Of a DNA stretch of 64,000 bases, positions 11,273-24,362 are shown one piece after another. This DNA comes from Lingula anatina. Its lineage: Eukaryota; Animalia; Brachiopoda. Below the pieces are notes generated by a model. That model was given only the letters and a program-made list of their open reading frames with translations, made no database searches and was not told where the DNA came from. The position numbers and the translations under genes are program-made. The stretch covers positions 4,708,587 through 4,772,586 of the forward strand of contig CM120648.1 of NCBI GenBank assembly GCA_051362555.1, written 5' to 3'. Each line of letters begins with the position of its first letter. Within the stretch, counting starts at the first letter, position 1.

Positions 11273-13801
11273 ATGGCCTACCGACGGTTTGAAGGTGTTG
11301 ATCAAACCGCAAAATACGCAAGATATAGGCCTATGTGGCCGAGCCATGTTGCTGAACGAGTACTGAGTTACCTAGAGGAAAAGGTGGGTGATGCAACTTT
11401 ATTATGTAAAATGTCAATTTTCTATTTGTCTACTGTCATATTTTCCTCTCTATTGTTTTGGTGTATACTGTTCTGTTCATTTGTAAATACTCGCACTATA
11501 TATACATAGTGGGATGCATTCAAAGTCAAGCTGAATATTAATTTTACAGGCTCTGTCACATCCGGTGACTTCAAGCCAGGAGTAACATTGGCTTTAAATG
11601 TGATTTATCAACTATATTCGATGTCAAGAGTAGAAAATTCATTCTTATCTTGACAACAAAAGTGGATAATCCATTACGGCTAATTAGGAGGTACATTACT
11701 ATCAAAGAAATACTTTTAAAGTTGCATATATTTTTTCAGCTCCCCGCTCCTCACGACCGAGCAGTGGACGTTGGTTGCGGTTCAGGACAGTTCACACAAC
11801 TCCTGGCCCCTCACTTTAACCACGTGACCGGAATTGACGTCAGTGACAACCAGATTCATGAGGCGCGAAAAATGAATCCTTACGAAAACATACAATTTAA
11901 GTGAGACAAAGTTTTGATCATGTACACCATTAATGTATATATATAAGATCACATAATTTAGCCTAACTACAGGTATTGCCTTGCCAGCTCAGAAGTGCAT
12001 TTGACAAAGCACTGGGAAGTTCTACAATCGAAGCTAGCCGCAATTAATACCAACTTAATTTTGATAAGGAGAATAAAAGCTACGTGTAATATGTTCCAGA
12101 ACCAGCCCGGCTGAGAACCTGCCTGTAGATAGCCAATCTGTGGACATAGTGACTGGTGCTAACGCCGCCCACTGGTTTGACTTGGACAGATTTTTTGCTG
12201 AGGCTGACAGGGTTCTCAAACCGAACGGTTGTATTGCACTGGTGGCGTTTACAATTCATGACATCACGGTGGATGCGAATTCCAATGGTGCATTGCTTAC
12301 ACAGCTCGTGCGAGATGTGAGTATAAAGTGTAACTCCCCCCCCCCCCCCACACACACACACACGATGATCCAGAATTCAAATTTATTTTTGTTTATATTT
12401 CCAGATATATGCTTACATTACACTATCGGTAAAAAGTACATATTCCAATAACATTTCAAATGTTGCGATTGCAACAAGACCAAACATAGAAAATATGGAT
12501 TATTCAACCAGCCATCATCGACATCCTTTAGATAAACTAAGAGGCAACTAAATATCTCTTCATATTTGCTGGACATAAAGAAAATTGTACAGACGCCAAA
12601 TGTTTTTGTACATTAAATCAAATAGTCTCTCCTCATATTTGTCAAGCAGTCTGTTGAACTGCCAGTCCTTTATGTACATTTGCAAACAACTCTAGTTATT
12701 AATTCCATTTTCGTTACTTAAAAATGTATAATTGCCAATGTTAATAAGTCATCAGTAATGACCAAAGTTATTTTACGAAATTTATTTTTTGCGTACATAG
12801 TCAGCGGCGTTTGTCTGTACATTTGCTGGTATTGCTGTTTATTTGTCTATATTATTTCACAGTGTAATAGGATTATATATCTTTTCATTTGAGTTCAAAA
12901 ACACTTTGTTCGATGCAAATTGCTGGGCTAAACGGAATAGTGGGCAGTGGGAGACATTAAAAGACGTTTATGTGCCATTTGCAGACACCCTAAGGTAAAG
13001 TTCCTATACATCAGAATAATAATCCCTGCTCGTTTAAACACCAGGCTGTGAGTGTATTTGTAGTGTAAAAAATTGTTAAGGTACAAGTATGTACCGGAGA
13101 ATGGGCATTTAACCTACAGGCATCGTTTCAGTATGTTTCTTTCATAATTAACTGTGGTCATTTTTTGGATTTGTTAATTCTGCGTTATACTGGTAAATAT
13201 AAGCGAATGTTCAATAACGTTTATTGATTTTAAACAAGTTTCTTAGTACACTGTATGCTTGATTTTCGTTCACTAACCACAGGGACAATTCTCTTACCCT
13301 TGAGTATGAAACAACTCTGGCAGACTTCCTTGGATACCTGAGTACATGGAGTGGTTATGTGACATATGAAGAGAAATATCCAAGCGGCACTTTACTGAAA
13401 ACTTTGGAGAACAAGTATGTACTTGTACTTGAGTATTAGCATAAGCCCTTTCAAAGTATTTTCCTGTTGAATGTACCGTGTTTATCTATTCCCTCATATT
13501 TTTTGTTTAGAATAATTAAGGGGCCATTCACATAACCCTATCGGTTTAAAGGACTGAAAGACCTGAAGTACGTATATACTTGGGTATAAAGTCGGGAAAA
13601 CTTTGTGGTTCACGATGTTTTTCATGTTGCTTTGCTTTTCATGTTAACCTTGTTTAAAAGCTGTTAGTTCCTTTGTGCCTTAAAATTTCAAACTGGACAT
13701 TTTGCAGCATGCTGAAAGCGCTAGATACTACCTCACCTGAGACAAAAGTGCACATCAAGCGCCCATTGTACATGTTACTGGCGCGAAAGCCAGGACCTTG
13801 A
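11273..13801 (+). CDS. Class I SAM-dependent methyltransferase (Methyltransf_11 type; Crg1/Tmt1/DDB_G0268948-like), copy A, 271 aa
   Basis: Exons 11273-11383, 11740-11900, 12100-12316, 12894-12994, 13283-13414, 13708-13801 (816 nt, open frame). Motifs: YARYRP, motif I VDVGCGSGQ, GIDVS, AAHWFD, RVLKPNG, YLSTWSGY, terminal LLARKP. Exon lengths are identical to copy B. Confidence 0.92.
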
Positions 13802-14666
13802 CCTTGACCTTGACCCTTAGTAAATACATGTAGGGGAGAAAAGAAAGAAACTAACCAACGTTGTAAAAACTGCAAGCAAGATTATCGGACAGGATCTACC
13901 CAAGCTGGATGATATTTTTAAAGACAGAATGGAGAAAAGAACTGTCAACCCCATGGAAGACTCTTTTCATCCAGCATCATCAATATTTACGTTTTTACGA
14001 AGCAACTGTATACTCTTAACTATTAAAGGCAGTAAACGCCTTTTAAACAGCTTTTATCCAGGTGCAGTGACGCATTTTAATTTGATCTCAAAACCAAATT
14101 CTTAATGTATCTGTTGTCTTACTTTTACTCTGTTTATAATCAAACTTGCTCCAAAAGGAAGATGATTTAATTCCGATTTTTATTATTGGCTAAATAAACT
14201 CTTACCTTATCTTTGTATGCCAATTAAGTGTTGCAGTTCTTCTTGATACGAAGTGGAAGCTCCTGCACCAATGAAACAAGTCTCGCATACTGTGGAAAAT
14301 ATAAAGAAATAAACTTATCTTGGAAAGAGAAATATTATAACTGGTTCAAAGTTTATCTAATTTTTTTGTGGAGAATAGTTATTTGATTTTAATTGGAATA
14401 ATGCTGTGGGGAAAAGACAATAAGTCTTCCGGTTACGTTATAAGTCTGAGTTCAATAGGTTTGGCTATTCCTGTACAACTGCTACTTATACTTATTCTAA
14501 TGAAAAGTACAGTTTTCAAAGGACAAGTTTGCTGTCAAGCACGAATGTAGGGGGAATTTAAAAAAGGGCATTGTGATAAGTGCTGCCTGAGAATGCTACT
14601 TTGTAACCGAATGTGATGGATTATGTGCCGCCCGAGTGTGTTAGTTGTAACCAAATCATTTTGCCA

Positions 14667-14688
14667 TGACCTACCTTTAAGTAGGTCA
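14667..14688. promoter_or_regulatory. Palindromic pair of AGGTCA nuclear-receptor half-sites upstream of methyltransferase B
   Basis: tgacctac-ctttaa-gtaggtca: 8-bp inverted repeat with a 6-bp spacer. The gtaggtca half is also present upstream of copy A (10749-10756). Function is not shown. Confidence 0.3.
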
Positions 14689-15256
14689 CAGCAGTTTGTC
14701 TAGGGATGGAACAAAAACACCTCGATATTCATGTGATAAACAATCTATATGTCCAGGTGAAGTAGTATCGAAGGTGCAGATTACTCGTTCTTGGCAGCTT
14801 GGGTCTATTTCAAATCGAGTGGCACATTTAACTGGACCGGTCTACTTTTGGCAACTTGATAGTCTGGCTATTTGATAAGAGAGTCTCTTAACTGTACAGC
14901 AGGGGACCAGCTTGTTAAAGGGAGTAAAACCCATTTTGTGTACATTATATGTTTAGACCTGCCAAGGTGGACTGGTCCAGTTGAGTGTCATGTGAGAAAC
15001 GAGGGACTTGACGTTTCCTTTTACTACTATATAACATTCATGGTATGTAACATTAACGGTGCCGCAAGGTATGTTTACCTCGCATGTATATGCATGGGCA
15101 TTACCACCAGTATACTGTGCATGTATTATTGGGGTCAAAGACTTTAGAATAATTGTGGGGTTTGAATCTGGAAATATATCGTTGTTTTGTATCTTTTTTT
15201 TACTTTTACTGTTTTTTTTTTAAAGCTTTGATTGACATCAAGTTTCAGCAGTGGCA

Positions 15257-17681
15257 ATGGCCTACCGACGGTTTGAAGGCGTTGATCACACCGCAAAATA
15301 CGCGAGATATAGACCTATGTGGCCGAGCCATGTTGTTGAACGAGTACTGAGTTACTTAGAGGAAAAGGTGGGTGATGTAACTTAACTTTGAACAGTCATA
15401 TTTTCCTTTCTCTTTATTTGTACAGACTCGAACGAAATAATGGAATGTATTCAAATGAAAGACTTTTAAGCCTTATTTAAAAGCAGAAACTTAGTATGCC
15501 TGATTCTCAGAGGTTCTGTCACATTCAGTGACTTCAAACAGGGAGTGAAAGTGACCCAAATTGTGCATAATTAACTGCATTCAGTTCAAGAGTCAGATAT
15601 TCATTCCTGGCATGGAAACAAAAGCGGATAATCCATTACGGCAAATTAGCCAGTACTTGTGTATCAATGATACCAATTTTGAGAATGAAATACTTTCTAA
15701 GTTTCATCTTCTTTTCAGCTTCCCGCTCCTCACGACCGAGCAGTGGACGTGGGTTGTGGTTCAGGACAGTTCACACAACTCCTGGCCCCTCACTTTAACC
15801 ACGTGACCGGAATTGACGTCAGTGACAACCAGATTCAAGAAGCGCGTAAAATGAATCAATGTAAAAACATACAGTATAGGTTTGTTTTAAATATTGTACT
15901 GCTTTTTTAATTACAAGATTAGCTACGCATAAAACATAATAACGTTCACTTGAAAATTTACTTTTTATACATTTTGGTCCTGTTGTCCTGGTTACATTAA
16001 ATTAAACATTGTTTGTTTTTAAGGTTTTTATTTTCTTCCCGTTTTCTGCTTTCATGGGTAATTGAATCAAATCTAATTTTTTAATGCAAATAATATCCCA
16101 TTACAAAAATATCGCCTTTCCCGAATTGACAGAGGAGTTTTTGTTGAACTTTGTAGTAAGCGATTTACAACTTATTGAAATGAAACTTATCAAGCAATAA
16201 AACCACGCCATCAATGTGTGATTCTCGCTATAAAGTCTAATGCCAGACCTCTGTCCTTGTCGAGATATTGCTTTCCGAACATCGGGTGTTACAAACTGAA
16301 AGACGTACATACACCACGCTGACTTTTCCCAAAGAGAGAATGAGTCGAAAACAATCTATCGATCTGCCATACATTTCAGTTCCGGTCCAGCTGAGACTCT
16401 GCCCCTAAATGACCACTCTGTTGACCTAGTGACCAGTGCAAGTGCTGCCCACTGGTTTGACTTGGACAAGTTCTACACAGAGGTGGACAGGGTTCTAAAG
16501 CCAAATGGGTGTGTAGCTCTACTAGGTTATCCAGTTCGCAGAACCGCAGTGGATGCCAACCCGAACGGTATTTTGCTAACACAGCTCTTGAGTGACGTGA
16601 GTTTATTAAGGTTATATTTACCCCGTTATAAAATTTATTTATATCCAAGAAAAAAAAAACATTTTGGAACGTTTGCGTCTTGAATATTGTCTAAGGCTTG
16701 GCTCCTGGAGATGTATGCTTGACTTATTGGTTTATTTGTTATCGTGCATGACGTGTTTTGTCTATGTTTAGAATGTATATCTATAAATTGCATGAATATT
16801 TATTAGCTTAATATTTACTGTTAGACAACCTACAAAAGGATTAATGCTTTCATTTATTGTTCCTATTTTACACACAAGCATTCTGTTTGACCTTCATTCT
16901 CCATTGAATACAACTTATATTTTATTCACTTTTTACTGTTTATAGTTAAGATTCCATTGTTAACGTTTTCCACTTAGTTTGACAAACTGCTGGTCGATGA
17001 AAATTGCTGGGAGAAAGGGAACTTTATCTCTCACGACGGATACAAAGACCTTCTCTTTCCTTACTCAGATTTTGTGAGGTGAGTCAGATTCATAACATGG
17101 GAAAATGTGGGCATATATATTCTCGTACTGTACTTGTACTTGGACAATAGCGTAACCATGAATAAGTGTTGACATTACATGTATAATAATTTCAATAACA
17201 CACATTAGGCCTACCGAAATATGGACGAACTATATTTATTTCAAGTACCTGAAAACTAGACAAATTTGGCATTAAAAGTACACACGTGCAGGTTTTAAGT
17301 TAAATCCCCACAGGCCTAGGGAACTCACTGTGACTGTGTCCTTTGCTCCTTATCTCCAGGGACGACTGTCTGACTCTTGAGTACGAAGCAACACTAGACA
17401 ATTTCATCGGTTATCTCCGCTCTTGGAGTGGCTACATCAAATATATGGAGAAGTACCCAGAAAGCGGTATACTAGAGACTTTACGGGATAGGTATGTCCT
17501 TGGTTATTCACATGCATTTATTTTGTTTTACCGATTCTTCTGCTTGATACACATTTTATATGCACATGTATCCACGTGGAAAAATGTGTTTAATTACCCA
17601 GGTTCTTATGAAATAAATAAAAAATTACATTTTCAATAAATCGTATTTTAAGTAGTTCATGATTATTTTGGAGTAAGTTTT

Positions 17682-17724
<43 letters not shown>

Positions 17725-17947
17725 TTTGGGGGGGGGGGGTTACTAAAAGACTGTACGGCATTGACACGTTTGTATAATTGTATATTTTTATATCGGTTGC
17801 CTAGAAAATAATTGTGAAATCTTTCATACTCACGGCAGATGCTCTACTTTCAGCATGCTGAAAACTTTGAACATGACGTCATCGGAAGCAAAGCTAAATG
17901 TGAAGCATAACGTCTTCATTCTACTCGGACGAAAGCCAGGTCCTTGA
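15257..17947 (+). CDS. Class I SAM-dependent methyltransferase, tandem copy B, 271 aa
   Basis: Exons 15257-15367, 15719-15879, 16380-16596, 16978-17078, 17360-17491, 17854-17947; same phases and lengths as copy A. Motifs VDVGCGSGQ, AAHWFD, RVLKPNG, GYKDLLFPY, YLRSWSGY, LLGRKP. Confidence 0.93.
17683..17727. repeat. (TTTA)n microsatellite
   Basis: Tetranucleotide run followed by poly-G. Confidence 0.95.
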
Positions 17948-20057
17948 CCCTATAATTGTCTCTAGTATTTCTCAATTTTTACAAAAAGTACATTGTTTAT
18001 ACCTACCTAGTTATAAAGCGCTAAAGTATGTATACAATGTACCTGTAACTCTAAATTCTGTAATCCAGCATGAAAACCATTTTAAATCAGGGTAGAAATT
18101 AACAGTACCCTGGTATGTGATACCGATTGTTTTGGCTATAATGCCTTTGTCTGTAAACGTTGTTTCAGTAATGAAGAAGAAACAGATAAGAAAAGTATCC
18201 TAGTCACTATGATGTAGTTCTTAGTAGTTCTAAATAAAGTGGACTACCAATATTTATTAGAAGCCAGCTTTTCTTAACGAAATCTGTCACAACTGCGAAA
18301 AGCAGGCCGAATACAGAGCAAGCCTACAAACGTTTGATTACAACAACAAAATATAACTGTTTGTTTATCACTGCACGCGTGGAATCCTATCTCTGTCGCC
18401 GCCCTCCCGAAACCTCCCGAACCCTTCCGAAACCTTCAGAATCCTAATGGAACCTTCATGAACCGTCACCATCCTGCACAAACTATTAGACGAATGTTAT
18501 GACTTTTTTTGGTATATCTGTCGCATTTCGACTGAACAAGCGCAATTCTATCATGTCAACGTCTTCCCAACTTAAACACCTTTTCCTGATAGGTTTTGTT
18601 CATTATGTAATATTATGCTGACTTGCTTTAAGATGAAAAGAAATCGGCTGCTGTTAGAACCTCATCGTTAAAAAATCGTGCATCCCTTAGATAAAGTTTA
18701 TTTACCCCTTTAGTCATTTATTTATCCTTTTATATATTTTTTGAAAGCAAAGAGCAACCTTTTTACACGCAGTGGAGCAAATCGTTTAATAAGAAAGAAA
18801 ATCCTCAAATACGATAAGGTTCCTTTGTGCCGCAACTTCGCCCAAGAGTCAAAATAAATGATCTTTGGTGCAAGTGGGAAATAATAAAATGACGATATGT
18901 CGAAAATAAGGAACATCCACTTCATTTCTGCCTCAATTTCTCTACATTGGCACACAAGAGACCTTCATCAACTTCGTATCTGCCATGTGGCATATCCTGT
19001 CGGCTTACATGTAAGACAGCTACCTAATTTGTAAATATGATGGCTATGAGAATGAGAGTTCACGTTAGTTGGAACATGGTTTGTGTCATTTGCTGCGATA
19101 TTTAACCAGTAAAACTGATCGGAGGTTATTCCTACACGCACCACCGATTCCTGCGCAGACAAGTGACGTGAGAAGGCGTGAGTGACGTGTACAGTTGGTT
19201 TCATATACAGTGTACAGTGATTTTATTTTATACCATTTAATCGAGATGGCATTATAATTTTCATTTTATATTTGTATAAGTATAACAATAAATCATTATT
19301 ATTATTATAATTTGTATATGACAAAACGGAAGCTACAGTACATGTGTAGACGAATCTAGGTAGATGAATGAATGTCTAGAATTTCCACAAATTTATGGTG
19401 TTGAACAAGCAGGAACGCTTACTTTGGTTATTTTAGGCCTACTGTCTCCGGCCACAAACCCGCCTGTGCCACTCCCCTGGGACCGGTCTATCAATGAGTC
19501 GAATCTGGGGAAATTAAACGATGCGATTAGGATAAATTAAATTACTGCAGCTTGGTCAGGACAGCATTTGTTTCAACCTATTGCAGTCAACGCTTAAAGG
19601 ATTGTTATGATCATTCGGCGCTACAAGTGCACGCATTTCGATACGTCAACTTTCAACAAACCGTAACAAAAGTAATTCATTTCTCCCGTTTCTTCCGTCA
19701 TCGCATCATTCAGTGTCAGTGCAAATTGTTGACGTATTCCAGGAATTGAAGCGTGGTTTGCAAAAGAAGGATGTATAATTGATGTTTTCCGCGCTGATTG
19801 CAACGGAAACGAAACGCGATATCATTACTGACAAAGCTGAAACCCCCAGTGTGATCATCAGTTATATTACCATTCTAATTGACTACAGTTGCAAAGTAAA
19901 CGAATGCAATGAAATATTGCTGCATTTTGTTACGATAAGGGGTAAAAAGTACTTTGATGTTATCCAACTTGATGGAATAGCACATCACAATCAGGGTAGA
20001 GGTATTGTCCTATTTCTCTCTGTTTAAATTCATAAACTATGGGATAATCCGATGTTA

Positions 20058-20231
20058 CCCCATTCAGAATAATGGCCTAACTAGACCGAGGGTCAAATGT
20101 ATGGCGACCCACTACAAAGCTTGCCGTCTAATCCGCTAATAGACACTAAATAGATATACCCGTGGGGAAGTATTCAAGTGGGTCGGCCATATTTGTCCCT
20201 CGGACTAGTTAGTCCCCTGTTCTGAATGGGG
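20058..20231. mobile_element. Foldback MITE-like element with ~55-bp imperfect terminal inverted repeats
   Basis: Left arm ccccattcagaa...ctaactagaccgagggtcaaatgtatggcgacccact; right arm agtgggtcggccatatttgtccctcggactagttag...ttctgaatgggg. Confidence 0.8.
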
Positions 20232-20388
20232 CCAGAGAGTCCCCCATGATAGAGAGTTCGCTTCCCATTCATTCTCACAGGTAAGCGTCGCCATAGATTT
20301 TGACCCACTTAGGTCAGGCTAACCCTAACCATTTAAACCAAATGGACGGCGGGCTTACTGTTACACAGACCCTCAGTTTCGTTACACC
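20232..20388 (+). repeat. Dispersed ~155-bp repeat with a taaccctaacc core (copy 1)
   Basis: Reverse-complement match to ~22970-23123 (ttttgacccacttaggtcaggctaaccctaaccatt; cagaccctcagtttcgttacacc). Confidence 0.8.
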
Positions 20389-22073
20389 TGCATACAAAGA
20401 ACCAATTTCGCATCTTTCAAAGGCTCCTTGCATGAAATACAGCACGTGGCCCTTTTGGGATTGTTCCAACTTTACAGGCTCATTCTCAATGAAACTATCG
20501 CTCTAAGTTGATCGAATCAACTCTGCGGGAGCTCTCGCTGAATGCAATCCGAGTAACAGAGTAAACAGGTTTCTTCTTGTTTCCAAAGCACTCGTATAAT
20601 CACCAGTCTGTCTGTATTCTGCTCAACGCCAGTAGGAGGCGTGTTGGTCTGTTAATCTGATTGCAGAGATTGCAGAGATGGTGGAGGTGGGTCGAATTAC
20701 AAAGATCGATCGTCTCATTGGGAATGAGCCCTGTCATTTTCGTAACGTTTGTTTGCCAAGTATTTGCTCACAATGTAATATTTGATATATGAGTTAATAT
20801 GAAGAGACAGGGGTAAAAGTCTGCACTGGTCTTGTGACCATTCCTTTTTTTTTTCAGCGAAACCATTTAATCTCCTACAGTATTAGTGTCTGCGTAATCA
20901 ATGTTTTTCACCAATAGCAAAGTAAGGCAGTAAGCAAGCGTATATTGTGTTAGTACACTGGCCTATATTAATCGTAGGTTTTTTACAACTTCACCAAATG
21001 GAGATTTGGTATAAAGCTCAAGCATAAAAATTTAGTGTGTATTCACCCGAAAATAATCAATATAGTGGCCCTCAAAACGAAAATAGAAGAACTGTTTCAA
21101 AGAGAGAAATAAATGGCTAATGTTTTAGACCAATAGGTTATGTATGTTAGTCTTCTTCGACGATTTTTTCAAGATGAAAGTTAACTACGGTTAAAAGCCG
21201 TAACGTTAAGATCATATTTCGACTAAATCATTTTGGGAATTGGAGCGTGAGTTCATCTCTAAGGATTTCATAATGACAATGTCCCATCCAATTACTACAT
21301 TTTCCAATTAATCTTCATCGTTTTTCATGCTGCAGTGAATTTTTCCATTTGTTACGGCCATCGTAACAATGTGCAACACGGCGTAATCTAGAATCACATA
21401 CAAACAACGATGATAGACTGCCTTTTTTTCATTATCTTTGTTCACCAGTCCGTATGACGGATTGTAATTTGCTTTATTTATAGTTATTCTGTATCTTTTA
21501 TTGAACGACCGGCATTAGAGTGTGATACATTATATTGCGAACGCAAGGAAAAAATGTGGCTGGGAAAAAATCGAAATAGTCGTGTATAGGGATGTGGTTG
21601 TTATAATTAATGACTATTGTTTGTACCAAAGATACCCATACAGAGAGGTTCTCGGTTGAAACCATTATGGTTGCTTGGGTGACAAAGATAAAGAAAAGAT
21701 ACTGCAATATTAAAGTGTAAATAACTGTGAGCTTAGTTGTTGTTTGATTAGCATTGTAACTTGGAGTAAATAACACAGCTAATGAAACTCTCTAATGGAT
21801 TAAATAAGTGTATATATTAAAAGGTTAAATTGCCCAAAGATTACCCAAAAAGATAGAACCAAATGGTGGCAAACATGATACATACATATTTTTCTGATTT
21901 CGCACAAATGAAAGTATGATGTAAAATATATAATCAACACCGGTTTATATAATTCCACTTCACAGAAACTAGTTTAATTTGCGTGAAGCCAATTAAGTGT
22001 CTGCACAGAAGTACCTATCAGGCTCTAGTTTCGATTGCACAGGGAACCGTAATACTTAATTCAAATCTTTGTC

Positions 22074-22109
<36 letters not shown>

Positions 22110-22144
22110 AATAAATAAATAATAAATAGATAAATAAATAATAA
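22074..22144. repeat. Compound (AAT)n/(AAAT)n microsatellite
   Basis: Direct inspection. Confidence 0.95.
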
Positions 22145-22969
22145 GTGGCTTGTATCTGGACCTGGACCGATTGAAAGGCTGGCATGAACACACCTTTTGT
22201 TAACTGGTTAAATCCAACTCTCGTTCATGAAATCTGGTGACATGGTTGTAACACACATATACCGGACGAAATCTCCACTGACGTTGCCTAGCAGAGTGTG
22301 TTACGTACAGTACATTGTTTAGTTGACTCTGCTGTCATCGTAAAACGCGTACCTTCTTATTAATGAACACGATCATACATAATAATTCTTACGTGCTAGA
22401 TTACTGAGTGTTCATAAAAGGCGTTTTTTTTGCGTTCTGTAGTACATCGATCCTTTTAGTTTTCAGGTGTCTTTGTAGTATCATTACGGTAGTATACCTG
22501 GTCTGTACAGCACTTCTCTGTTACGTTGCTATGCCGTATGTAATTATATAACACAAGCACGATGAAGATTGGATTTATATCAAACGTTGGTACCTGCAAG
22601 CAAATGTGTACCTGTGTTTTAGATTAAAAGTACAATTATTCGTTATATTTTTTACGTGAAATAATAAAGTTTAGCATTTTATATTGTGCGTATTATTCCT
22701 TGCATCTCTCGCCCCATGCACTGGGTATATTCCCGCATACATAATTAAGTTCGATAATTACTAACAAATCGCACACGGAAAACACAAATCACGACATTCA
22801 TTCATTCATTATGAAACAAGTCCTCGCGTGTCACGCATATGATACCTTTACCTTCGATATCACCCTTATAATTTCTTATTTTAGTTTGATAAAAACCCTA
22901 AAGCGGAACTATGGGTTTTCCACTGCTTTTGAGAAACAGCACAAGTGTAGGATGTCAAGATAGTGGGCC

Positions 22970-23123
22970 CCGGTGTTACGGAATTGAGGGTCTGCGTTAC
23001 AGAAAGTCCGTTCGTTATAATGGTTAGGGTTAGCCTGACCTAAGTGGGTCAAAATTTAGGGCGAGGCTTACCTGTACAAACCAATGAATGGAAAGCGGAC
23101 TCTTTAACATGGAGAACTCTCGG
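22970..23123 (-). repeat. Dispersed ~155-bp repeat with a taaccctaacc core (copy 2, inverted)
   Basis: aatggttagggttagcctgacctaagtgggtcaaaa is the exact reverse complement of the core of copy 1. A degenerate third piece lies at ~23210-23286. Confidence 0.8.
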
Positions 23124-24318
23124 TCACGTTACATGCTATGTAGGCTTCGGGAGATTTCCCTGTGATAAACGGTCCTGTTCCCATAAACTTGTTCTTCTCT
23201 GCCCCGTCCTAGATTTTGACCCACTTTCGCCACGTTAACCCTTACCTGTTTGTATCTAATGGAGGGTGGACCCTCTTACACAGACCATCACCCGCTTATC
23301 TCGTTTACTACAATTGAATATGATTTGAATTGGAGATTTATTTTACCTGAAAATACCGGGTTTTATTCGGTGTATCTTTCATGCTAATTCAAGGTAAAGC
23401 AAACTTCACACGGAAATACCATATCAGTTATTTCCCCCGCTTACATTTACTGTTAGTTGGACGGACATAAATTTCATTCAGAAACTTGTATAATCACATA
23501 TTTGCAAAACAAAGTTTAATTTTGTCTTTCCAACTTAACTCCCTTTGGGTAGCCAGCAATAAAAAAATTCTGAAATAATTAACCTTTGTTGACTCAACTT
23601 GACTCAACTTGAGACAAGGCGTAGAACTGGGAACTTGGACATAAAGTCTAGATCGCTTGATTGCGAGAGAGAGGGGGTGGGGGTAAATAGGGATCTTAAA
23701 TAAAAAGAATAAACGTAACTCTGCGTGCGCTCCTTTCCCTCGGCCATGAGCCCCAGCCCCCCTCCCCCCGCTTCCCATAAAGTACATGTACAACAGAGCA
23801 ATCGTACACCGCGGATTGATTTTTTTCTTCTAAAGTTAGCCTCAGATAGTAGCGGCCAAATCGATGACCGTACACACATTAACAGGAAATATTCCGATGT
23901 CTGACAATATCCAGTGCTTTGATGACCGTCATAAAGAGCACGTTCACACAACGTCCAGACAGACCGATCAATCGACCGATCCCTATGACATGGATTATGG
24001 CACCATAGGTTATGGATAACCTTCAATCCACTATCAACGGCACCTAAACGCAACGCATACAATGCGAATTCAACGGACGCCTGCTCTGTGCCCACCGACG
24101 TGATTACAATAAGCACTCTCTGGGTGGGATAAGTGCCAATTACCTCATGTAATCAGACAAGGCCTATTGTGATTGCGCCCTAAGAGTTCTTATAGGGCGA
24201 GACGTCATAGACATCCATATTAAGGGCGTGGATATTACGTCACGGTGCCCCAGGGAAGGAAACTTGGGAACTGCAGCGGTAAAGACCAAACGAAGTATGC
24301 AATCAAGTCAGGTTTTCC

Positions 24319-24321
24319 AAA

Positions 24322-24360
<39 letters not shown>

Positions 24361-24362
24361 AA
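24319..24362. repeat. (AAAT)n microsatellite
   Basis: Direct inspection. Confidence 0.95.
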
